64,000 nt of DNA from Candidatus Norongarragalinales archaeon (GTDB taxonomy: Archaea > Micrarchaeota > Micrarchaeia > Norongarragalinales > Norongarragalinaceae). The DNA lies in assembly GCA_038884755.1 (NCBI GenBank), contig JAWABJ010000001.1:576001-640000 (forward strand). Direction: 5' to 3'. The notes below the pieces were generated by a model, which was given only the letters and a program-made list of their open reading frames with translations, searched no databases and had not been told where the DNA came from. Below, piece by piece: positions 1 to 8,600 of this stretch. Numbering within the stretch: the stretch's first letter is position 1; each line of letters opens with the position of its first letter. Made by a program: the position numbers and the translations under genes.

Positions 1-1
1 C

Positions 2-124
2 GCGAAAATTGAGGCTGAAGTTGAGAAAAAAAAGCAGCTTGAGACGCTCAAGAAAGGCTTGATGCAAGACTTGCTTACTGGAAGGGTTCGTTTTCCAGAG
101 TTTGTTAAAGGTGCAAACACATGA
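2..124 (+). CDS. hsdS: Type I restriction-modification specificity subunit, C-terminal end (partial)
   Basis: Frame 2 reads ...KKQLETLKKGLMQDLLTGRVRFPEFVKGANT*. KKGLMQDLLTG is the typical HsdS C-terminal signature, and the TGA overlaps the hsdR start (ATGA). Confidence 0.85.
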   Translation, partial: AKIEAEVEKKKQLETLKKGLMQDLLTGRVRFPEFVKGANT

Positions 125-3078
125 TGGAGCACTCTGAAGAGTGGAACGAGTTTTACTTGAGCGAAAAACCAGCGTTCGAACTCTTGCGGGATAAGTTGGG
201 TTATTCTTTCAAAGAAGGCGAAGAAATCGATTTAGAGCGCGAAAGCCCGAAGCAAGTAGTCTTGGAAAAACGCTTGGCTGAGGCAGTAAAGAGAATAAAC
301 CCGTGGATTGACTACTACAACTTAACCCGTGTCGTCAGACGCCTGGCTACAATCGTGGCAAGCGGCGTAATGGAAGCCAACTTAAAGGTTTACACTGACT
401 TGGTTCACAACATTGCAGTAGAGCAAGACGTGGGCTCTGGAAAAAAGAACCAGACAGTCAAGATAATTGATTTTGAAAACCCCGAGAACAACGAATTCTT
501 GGTCGTGCGACAGCTCAAGATTTGGGGCCCGAAAGAAAACATCAAGCCAGACTTGATTGTGTTCGTGAACGGCTTGCCCGTTGCAGTTATCGAGTGCAAG
601 AGTCCAACCATCAACGAGCCAATAGAAAAAGGAGTTACGCAACTCCTGCGCTACCAAGACAAAGACATCGGAGCGCCACAGTTATTCTACTACAACCAAA
701 TTCTTGTTTCTGCTTGCGGCCAAGCAGCAGAGTGCTCGACAATAGGCGCTCAAAGACGGCATTTTCACGCTTGGCGAGATCCTTGGCCGTACACAGAAGA
801 AAAAATCGAGAAGATTCTGGGCAAGAAACCCACTCCACAAGATATTCTCTTGTTCGGGGTTTTCGACAAACGCAGTTTGCTGGACTTGATTCAAAACTTT
901 ATCGTCTTCGACCCTGAAAACGGAGTAATGGTCAAGAAACTAGCTCGTTACCAACAGTTTAGGACCGTAAACAAGGCGTTGGAGAAAGTCAGAACCGCAA
1001 AGAGTCTGCGCGAACGCGGCGGCATTGTCTGGCACTGGCAAGGCTCGGGCAAGTCGCTTACAATGCTTTGGCTTGCCGTAAAACTAAGGAGAGAAGCCAG
1101 GCTGCACAATCCAGCGCTTATTATTGTTACCGACAGAATTCAACTCGATAATCAAATCTCAGGAACCTTTGAGCGCTGTGGCTTTCCGAACCCGGTTCAC
1201 GCCGAGAGTTCTGAAGAATTAAGGGAGTTGCTCAAAACTGGTTCAGGCCAAACCGTGCTTACTACTATCCAAAAGTTTTTGACGAGAACGGGAGAAAAGA
1301 AAGGCGAGTTTCCAGTTCTTTCAACGTCTAAAGACGTTTTTGTTCTCGTCGACGAAGCGCATAGAACACAATATCGCGATTTTGCGGCGAACATGCGGCA
1401 AGCCCTCCCAAACGCCTGTTATTTTGCTTTCACTGGAACACCGATAGACAAGAAAGACAGGAGCACGCCAGCAACTTTCGGCGATTACATTGACAAATAC
1501 ACGATAGAACAATCGGTTGAAGACAAGGCGACAGTCCCGATTTTCTATGAAAGCAGGTTGCCGCAATTGCGAGTAGAAGGAGAGTCTCTAGACAAGATTT
1601 TTGACAGGGTATTCGCCGATTTAAGCGACAAAGAAAAGAAGGAATTGAAAAAGAAGTATGCCAACGAACAGGCAATCGCGGGAGCGCCGCAGAGGATAGA
1701 AAAGATTTGCTTGGATTTGCTGGAGCATTACGAGAAATTCATTCAGCCCAACGGCTTTAAAGCCCAAATCGTAGCCATCGACAGGAAAACAGCAGTTCTT
1801 TACAAGAAAACTCTCGACCGTCTAAAAGGGCCTAATTCTGCTGTAATTGTTTCGGAAGCACCAGACGACCCTGAAGAAATGCGAATTTACCCGAAAACCC
1901 AAGAAGAACGAGACTTGCTTATAGAACGATTCAAGCAGCCAATGGACAAAGACCCGCTTTCTATACTTGTTGTTTGCGATATGCTGTTAACGGGTTTTGA
2001 CGCGCCAATCGAGCAAGTAATGTACTTAGACAGCCCCTTGAAAGAGCATAATTTGCTGCAAGCAATCGCGAGAGTAAACCGGCCTTATGATAAAAAAACG
2101 TACGGCTTGATTGTCGATTATTATGGTGTTTCCAACTTTTTGAGCCAAGCGCTTGAAGTATTCAAGACGCAAGACATTAAAGGCGTTCTGCGGCCTGTTT
2201 CCGACCAATTACCTCTATTGCAAGCGAGACACAGGAAAGTCCTCTCTTACTTTAAAAAAGTAGACAAGAACGATTTGGACGCTTGCGTTGCAGTTTTAGA
2301 ACCTGAAGACGTGAGGGCCGAGTTCGAGCTTGCGTTCAAGAAATTCGCGGAAAGCATGGACATGATACTGCCGGACCCGGCAGCGAACCCGTACCGTGAG
2401 GACTTGAAGGCTCTTGGGAAAATCCGCAACGCCGCCAGGCTGAGGTTTAGAGACGACCAAATGAGCCTTTCCGGCTACGGGAGCAAAGTAAGGCAGTTAA
2501 TTGAAGAACACATTAGGGCAACTGGCGTTGATCCACTCCTGAAACCCATTTCTATTCTTGACAAGGAATTCAAGAAACAAGTCGAAAACCTTTCTTCAGA
2601 CGAAGCTAAGGCAAGCGAGATGGAGCACGCTTTAAGGTTCGAGATTCGAGTCAAGAGAGAAGAAAACCCTGTTTACTACGATTCTCTGAAGGAAAAGCTT
2701 GAGCGGTTGATTGAAGAGCGCAAGGCCAAGCGCATAGAAATGGCTAAGCTGCTCGACTCGTTGCGGGAATTGACTGAGGAAGCGAAAAGCGTTCAAGACA
2801 AGGCTAAAGAGCTGGGACTAAACAAGTTCGAGTTCGGCGTTTACGAAACCCTGCAAAAAGAAGGATTGGCGCAAGAAACGCTGAAGCAATTAACGAAAAG
2901 AATATCGAAAGAACTAGACGAAATACTGGTGGTGGATTGGGGTTCTAAAGAAAACGTTCAACGCGAGGCTCGAAGAGCAATTAAGCGGAGCTTGCGGGCG
3001 TTTGATTGTCCTGAAGACAAGCTTAACGGAATAACGCCTCAAATCATGGACTTGGCGAGGGTGCACTTGCGCAAGTAA
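121..3078 (+). CDS. hsdR: Type I restriction endonuclease subunit R
   Basis: 985 aa. Nuclease motif PDLIVFVNGLPVAVIECK, Walker A WHWQGSGKS, DEAH box, and the FTGTP, MLLTGFDAP and QAIARVNR motifs. Confidence 0.96.
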   Translation: MMEHSEEWNEFYLSEKPAFELLRDKLGYSFKEGEEIDLERESPKQVVLEKRLAEAVKRINPWIDYYNLTRVVRRLATIVASGVMEANLKVYTDLVHNIAVEQDVGSGKKNQTVKIIDFENPENNEFLVVRQLKIWGPKENIKPDLIVFVNGLPVAVIECKSPTINEPIEKGVTQLLRYQDKDIGAPQLFYYNQILVSACGQAAECSTIGAQRRHFHAWRDPWPYTEEKIEKILGKKPTPQDILLFGVFDKRSLLDLIQNFIVFDPENGVMVKKLARYQQFRTVNKALEKVRTAKSLRERGGIVWHWQGSGKSLTMLWLAVKLRREARLHNPALIIVTDRIQLDNQISGTFERCGFPNPVHAESSEELRELLKTGSGQTVLTTIQKFLTRTGEKKGEFPVLSTSKDVFVLVDEAHRTQYRDFAANMRQALPNACYFAFTGTPIDKKDRSTPATFGDYIDKYTIEQSVEDKATVPIFYESRLPQLRVEGESLDKIFDRVFADLSDKEKKELKKKYANEQAIAGAPQRIEKICLDLLEHYEKFIQPNGFKAQIVAIDRKTAVLYKKTLDRLKGPNSAVIVSEAPDDPEEMRIYPKTQEERDLLIERFKQPMDKDPLSILVVCDMLLTGFDAPIEQVMYLDSPLKEHNLLQAIARVNRPYDKKTYGLIVDYYGVSNFLSQALEVFKTQDIKGVLRPVSDQLPLLQARHRKVLSYFKKVDKNDLDACVAVLEPEDVRAEFELAFKKFAESMDMILPDPAANPYREDLKALGKIRNAARLRFRDDQMSLSGYGSKVRQLIEEHIRATGVDPLLKPISILDKEFKKQVENLSSDEAKASEMEHALRFEIRVKREENPVYYDSLKEKLERLIEERKAKRIEMAKLLDSLRELTEEAKSVQDKAKELGLNKFEFGVYETLQKEGLAQETLKQLTKRISKELDEILVVDWGSKENVQREARRAIKRSLRAFDCPEDKLNGITPQIMDLARVHLRK

Positions 3079-3089
3079 ATGGTGTTTGT

Positions 3090-3803
3090 ATGCCCGAAGT
3101 AATTTTTGGAGAACAAAAAATTGAGTTCGAGAGACTTGCTTCAAAGTCAAAGAACACCATTACTATTCAAGTTGATTCTGGAAAGAAAGTCAGCGTAAAA
3201 GCACCAACTGATTTGAGTGAAGGAGAACTAACCAGAATCGTTAAAACCAAGACGTCGTGGATCATCGACAAATTCCAAAGAATTGACGAAATCAAGGGAT
3301 TTGAAAACACTCGAGAATTCGTTTCAGGCGAAAGCTTCCTTTACAAGGGCAAGCTGTTACGGCTTAAAGTAATCCCAGCTCCTGACGCAGAAGAAGTCTA
3401 CACTGATACGACAACTATCTTTTGCAAGACAGGTAACAGCAAAAACCCCGAACGAATCGCTCAATTACTGGAAGAATGGTATAAACAAAGGGCGAAGCAA
3501 TACCTCGAAAACAGAGTGCTCCGTTTCTCTAACAAATTCAAGAAGAAACCAGCGAAGATAAGAATTCGGAACCAAAGCTTGCGCTGGGGAAGCTGCACGA
3601 AAAAAGGCGAAATCCTGCTCAACTGGCGTATCATAATGGCGCCGCCCTCAGTCATCGACTACGTTATAATCCACGAGCTCGCGCACTTAAAAGAAAAGAA
3701 TCATACGAAAGAATTTTGGGAACTAGTAAAGAACGCAATGCCGAACTACGAAGAAAAAAGAGAATGGCTTAGGGTGAATGGAACTTTATTATCGCTTAGA
3801 TAA
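3090..3803 (+). CDS. YgjP/DUF45 (M48-like) zinc metallopeptidase associated with type I RM
   Basis: RWGSC...LNWR...DYVIIHELAHLKEKNH..FW signature; usual position immediately after hsdR. Confidence 0.9.
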   Translation: MPEVIFGEQKIEFERLASKSKNTITIQVDSGKKVSVKAPTDLSEGELTRIVKTKTSWIIDKFQRIDEIKGFENTREFVSGESFLYKGKLLRLKVIPAPDAEEVYTDTTTIFCKTGNSKNPERIAQLLEEWYKQRAKQYLENRVLRFSNKFKKKPAKIRIRNQSLRWGSCTKKGEILLNWRIIMAPPSVIDYVIIHELAHLKEKNHTKEFWELVKNAMPNYEEKREWLRVNGTLLSLR

Positions 3804-4047
3804 TGTTTTCCTAGGAAACACCCCGCCTCTCCCGCGCTTTTTAATCTCAGTCAATCAACGAGTCCGTCCTCGTCGCCACGGCGTTTTCAGAGCAGAGTTT
3901 ATTAATGCCGAATGCAACAATCTGGTGCGTGAAGGGGCATTTTCGGGAGGGTTCTCTGCTTGGAGCTTTTGCTCCAAGTCTCGCCAAAACCTGCGTGGTT
4001 TCGCCGATGCTTTGAGGCGTGGTCTTACCTTGCTCCCCCTGCATTTT

Positions 4048-4842
4048 TTATGCCCAGCAGTTAGTTCCGCCTGCAATCCACGTTTCCCTGCACCTGTTGA
4101 TTTGCGCTATGTATCCTTGCGTGTCGTTCTCGTAGGAAGGAGCGTAAATGGGCATTATTTCTTCGGGCGTGTCCCTGCCGCGCGGCAGGTAGTGGCGCGA
4201 GTGCGTCATGTAATAGAAAAAGTGTTCGATTGAATTCTCGAAACTGTCGTAGCCGCAGTGCCCGTTAGAACGCCTGAAAGAGCAAAACTGCTTTCCAGGG
4301 GCATTGTAAACTATGTTTCCCCAAGCCAAGTGCTGCATGTATCCCCTTGCTTTCAATAAGCCCGATTCTTTCAAGCCTATGGCCATTGCAAACCAATCGT
4401 CAATGCGGTACTTGTCGCTTTTTTCGTAAATCAACTGCGCTGCGCTCTTTCCGCTGGGCTTGTCGCGAAAGCCGCACAAGGGAGATTTGTAATGGCACAA
4501 AATGCGTTCTATTTGCTCTGGCGAAAGCGAAGGCTTCGCTCCTTGAGCGAGTATTATAGACCTTCCGGAAGAGCGGACGTAAGAGCCGTACGGAAACGTG
4601 TAGCCGTCGCCTCCGGCTTGCCGCGAGGTTTTCGAGAGTTCGGTTTCGCTTTTGCCTGTAGCAACGCTCACTTCCTGCATGGTTTTTCCGCCCACGTCAA
4701 CCGAGTCTTTCGGAACGTCGACTTTAAAACCTAAAAAAATTCCTACGGCGTCGGGCGGCAGCCGCACGAGGGAAGTTTGGGCGTAAATTAAGGAAGAAAA
4801 GAAGGCGGTGAAGAGCAACAGCACAAAAACCGTTTTTCGCAT
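4048..4842 (-). CDS. Secreted glucosaminidase (GH73-like, lysozyme-fold) domain protein
   Basis: Sec signal (MRKTVFVLLLFTAFFSSLIYA/Q). The C-terminal half has IDDWFAMAIGLKESG (putative catalytic Glu), GN, YDSFENSI and TPEEIMPIYAP...YIAQI, a pattern resembling PF01832-like domains. Recognised by motif only. Confidence 0.65.
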   Translation of the reverse strand: MRKTVFVLLLFTAFFSSLIYAQTSLVRLPPDAVGIFLGFKVDVPKDSVDVGGKTMQEVSVATGKSETELSKTSRQAGGDGYTFPYGSYVRSSGRSIILAQGAKPSLSPEQIERILCHYKSPLCGFRDKPSGKSAAQLIYEKSDKYRIDDWFAMAIGLKESGLLKARGYMQHLAWGNIVYNAPGKQFCSFRRSNGHCGYDSFENSIEHFFYYMTHSRHYLPRGRDTPEEIMPIYAPSYENDTQGYIAQINRCRETWIAGGTNCWA

Positions 4843-4882
4843 GAAAACACTTTCTCAAAACGGCTTTTTGTTACTTTGCGTT

Positions 4883-5458
4883 TCAAGGTTTTTTCAGGAA
4901 AGACAAGAATGAAGTGTGCACTAGTCCCACGTTCTTGGGCCGCGTGCCTTTTTCGCGCACGAGCCACTCGCGCGCTATGCTTTCCAGCGAAAGCCAATGC
5001 TCAAAACCCTGTTTTTCCCCTTCGCTGACGAAAGCGTTGACTTGCTCGGCGTTCGGGAGAAAGCCTATGCACAACCCGCCTTTGCGCAGGCAAGCGAACG
5101 CATTAGCCAAGAGCATATGCGAGTCTCCGCAATCCAAAACCACGCAATCCAATTCCTTTTCTTCAAACCCTTCTGCAGCGTCTTTCAGCTTGAACTCCAC
5201 GCGGTCGGCAAAACCGGCTTTCGCCGCGTTTTTCTTCGCCAAATCCAAAAAATCCTCGCGGCGTTCGTAAGAATATACTTTTCCGTTCACACCAATCGCG
5301 TTGGCTAAAAACACGGTAAGCCACCCGCTGCCGCTGCCGGCTTCCGCAACGCGGTCTCCTTCGCCTATGCCTGCGTAGCCCAACAGCAAACCCGCGTCTT
5401 TGGGCAAGACGACTTGCGGGCCGCGCTTGAACTTGCGCCATTCGAAAGCCGGAATCAT
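4883..5458 (-). CDS. trmI: tRNA (adenine-N1, m1A57/58) methyltransferase, compact form
   Basis: KRGPQVVLPKD, EAGSGSG SAM motif, YERREDF, VVLD, RP...VHTSFL. Start placed at ATG 5458 because the longer ORF overlaps the tRNA. Confidence 0.9.
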   Translation of the reverse strand: MIPAFEWRKFKRGPQVVLPKDAGLLLGYAGIGEGDRVAEAGSGSGWLTVFLANAIGVNGKVYSYERREDFLDLAKKNAAKAGFADRVEFKLKDAAEGFEEKELDCVVLDCGDSHMLLANAFACLRKGGLCIGFLPNAEQVNAFVSEGEKQGFEHWLSLESIAREWLVREKGTRPKNVGLVHTSFLSFLKKP

Positions 5459-5494
5459 TTCAACGCCTTTTTGTTGTCGCTTGTTTGTTTGCAG

Positions 5495-5618
5495 AGCCCC
5501 AGGGGAGTTTCGAACTCCCGACCTCCTGTTTTCGCGTTTCTTTTCTCCCAAGGGTCTTTTCTTTTTGAAAGAAAAGAGGCTTTACAAAACAGGCGCTCTA
5601 CCACTGAGCTACTGAGGC
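5495..5618 (-). tRNA. tRNA-Thr(UGU) with a 52-nt intron at position 37/38
   Basis: Acceptor stem GCCTCAG/CTGGGGC with U73, D arm GCTC-AGTGGTA-GAGC, anticodon stem CCTGT/ACAGG, loop TT-TGT-A|A, T arm GGGAG-TTCGAAA-CTCCC. Exons are 5583-5618 and 5495-5530; no encoded CCA. Confidence 0.92.
5531..5582 (-). other. tRNA intron (canonical position)
   Basis: Removing these 52 nt gives a standard 72-nt cloverleaf. The intron contains TCTTTTCT and two AGAAAAGA copies able to pair with it. Confidence 0.85.
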
Positions 5619-5665
5619 AGTAAAGAAAATAGTTTGTGAAGAAGGGGAAAATAAAGCAAGGCGTT

Positions 5666-8600
5666 TTACGCCTCAAAACGCCTTGTTCTCACGAACAGCA
5701 CGCCCGCAAGCAAGACGCCCATCATCGCCGCAAACCACAACGCGTCTGCAGGCCAGGAAGGCAAGAGCAGGTTTTGCCTGCGGCGTTGGAACGAACCGTC
5801 GTCTGCCGGAGGCAAGGCGAACGGGTTGGTTCCGGGAACGCCGCGCGTTCCTTCTGGCGTTCCGATGAAGCTCATGCCTTGCGAGGCGAAACGCGGGTCC
5901 ATCGGCAAATCCTGGCCGTTGTATACGGTAATCGCGCCAGTGGAAGGGTTGAACGTGAATATTCCGCCGGGCCCTTTGGCCGCTTCAAGCAGCCCGGAGT
6001 CTTTAAAGCCGGGACCGTTGACGTTGATTATCGGCTGGCCTTGGGCATTGAGCCCGGTTCCGAAGGAAATGTTGCCCTTGTCCGTCGGGAATACGACGTT
6101 TCCGTTCGCGTCTGTGAAAGGCTGCCCCGTGATTTTGAATGTTTCCGTTGCGCCCGTCTTTTTGTCGGTTATGGTAAGCGTCCCATCGGGGTTGAACTTG
6201 TAAATCTTGTCCGGAGTTTCGAGAATCTGCATTCCGCCCTTCCCGCCTTGCGAGTCTTGCTGGATTTTCGCCAGCGCGTCTCGCAATTGCTTGACCACGT
6301 CTTCAAAACCAGTCTTCCCTCGCAAGTCGAGGTTCACTACGGGAATTATTTTTCCGTTGGAATTCACCGTCCCGCCTTTAGCGATGACGTCGGAAATAGT
6401 CTGCGCCTTGCCGTCACCTATGACGTAAACGAAAACGTACAGGCGTTTTACGACGGGGTCGTACTCAATTTTTCCCTTCTCTCCAATAATCGTTTTTAGG
6501 ATTCCTATTTCTTCAACGCCGAAATCCCTGGGAGAGGAGAGCGTTACGCTGCCATTGCCCAAAACGGTGAGGCTGACGCCTGCAGTGGAAGCACCCAACC
6601 CCGCCGTTTTTGCAGCTTGCTCTAGAGTTGGGGCGCGCGTCGCCACTCCCGCCTCGCCCAGCGAAGTTCTAGTGAAGGTTATCGAGTCTCCAGTGAACGA
6701 AGCGGTGCCAAGCGTAGTGTCCACGCTCGAGATTTTTCCGAACACTTTCTCCAAATTGGTTCCGTCGAATTCCACGAGTTTTTTCAGCTCGCTTTCGAAG
6801 CAGTTCGCCGCAGGGCAGGTTTTGTCCGCCAACGCCGCGCTTCCAGAAGCGCTTATTGAAATGAACGGCTTGTCGCCACAGTCCAACAACGTAGTAATAA
6901 TGTGGTTGGGCACTATCATTCTCGCTAATTCCTGTGAGCGCAGGATGCTCGAAGCGCGCAGTTTCCAGTAGAAGTCGTTGAAGTCGAACGCTACGCTGCC
7001 GTCCTTGTTTATTTTCTTCAGCCCGTTTTTAGAAATCACGAGCGCCCCGCCGTCTGCGGTCGGCAGGGTTTCTTCCAAATTGCATCCCGTTCCGTTCAGG
7101 GTGTCGAAAATCCCGCCTGGCACCATCCACGCCGAGCGGTCTACGTGCACTGCAACGATTTCGTCAGGCTGCACGAAACCTTGCTGGTCTTGCAGTTGAG
7201 TCTTGAGGTTGAGCACTTCGGTATATTTCGCAAGTTCGTTTTGCACCTTGTCGCCTTCGCTGCCGAAAGTGTTGGCGAAAGACTGGGAAACGTCTTGAAG
7301 CACGTTGGAAGCCTTTTGGCTCGCGGTTTGGTTGGCGCGGTTGGTGGCTTCGGGCAAGCGTTGGTAAGCGAGAATCTTGTACTGCGAGTCTCGGCAATTT
7401 GCAGTGTAAATCTGGGCTTGGTTTCCGATGTACCATTGCCAGGCAAGCAGCGGGTCTATCCAGCTCGTAACGTCTCCCACCGCCGCAGCGCCTGTGTAAA
7501 TATTTCTCCAAAACTGGCTGGCAGTTCTGAGCAAGGGCAGGTAAGAAGTAGCTAGAGTGAGGGCGTAGTCGGTGAGCACGGCAGTGCGGTATTTAGCCTT
7601 GAGTTCGTCTTGGATGTCTTTCGAGCATTCTATCCCCTTTCCGAAGTTGGCGTCTATGTTCAAAACTTCTTCTGCCACTAGAAGCGAGCCGGCGAGCCCA
7701 AGCGTTTGCCCGGCTTCGGCAGAAAGGCTGCGGAATATCAGAAAGGGCAGTGCAAGGGTAAGCAGGAAGTTGTAAGTGGCGCTGTCGAATTTCTTGTTCA
7801 AAACTGGGCGCGGGAGTATTTCGTTTGAAACCAAGTGCAATCCAGTGTATTTTTCCGCGCCGGGATAGCGCACGTCCTCAAAGTTCACCGCAAAAGAATT
7901 GCCTTTCCAAACGGTGTTTATCTTCCATCCGGTGTCCGAACCAATCGAGGTCAGCGAATCCCCGCTTTCAGAGGAGGAAGGAAAGTTGCCGATGAAAACT
8001 TTTCCTGCGAAAAACGCTTTGGACGGCGCGCCACCAGTGTATTCGGAAATCAGCTCTTGCACCTTGCCTATTCCGAAAAGGTTGGTCGCATCCCTGAATT
8101 TTTCCGCAACAGGCCGGTTCACCATGATTTTCAGGTATTTGTTTTCGTTGAATCCGGTTGCAGCAAAAAGATTGCGGGTAGCCATGTCGTAAGCAAGCCT
8201 GGCTGGCCCCATCCAAGCGGCGCCCATCATGAGGTTGTAAGAAACGCGGGGTACAGACTGTTTTTTCGCGCGTTCCCACGCGGCTTTCACAGGTTCCGAA
8301 CGCCTTATCTGGTATTCCAAGCCTTCCCTTTCAACCCGCTTCGGGTTCAGGTTGTGCGTGCTGAGCACGCTGTCGATGGTTTGGCCGGCTCCGATTTCTT
8401 CCCGAACCACCAAGGCTCCGCCAGTGTCCCTTACTTCAACCGCTTGCACAGGACGAATAATCGGATTCCCGTGAACGTCGAGAACGGGGTTTCCGGCAGC
8501 ATCCAACAACGGCTCGTCCCTCAAGTGCACCGTGCGCACTAAAACCTCGTCGCCGTTGGTGTTGGTGAAAACCTGGGCACCGGCGCGCTGTTCTATCGGG

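Noticed and set aside
3810..4076. Short ORFs (3847-4044, 3855-4076, 3778-4233) and a possible RNase P RNA suggested by GGAGCAAG motifs
   Set aside because: No recognisable protein motif. The RNase P P4 signatures (GAGGAAAGUCC and ACAGAA...GCUUA) were not found, so the region is left unassigned.
5495..5618. Alternative reading as tRNA-Tyr(GUA)
   Set aside because: The stem register places UGU at 34-36, and G1-C72 with U73 fits archaeal Thr rather than Tyr (C1-G72, A73).
1..5618. RM locus as an element integrated at tRNA-Thr
   Set aside because: No integrase or duplicated tRNA 3' end is visible, and the core gene trmI lies between them.
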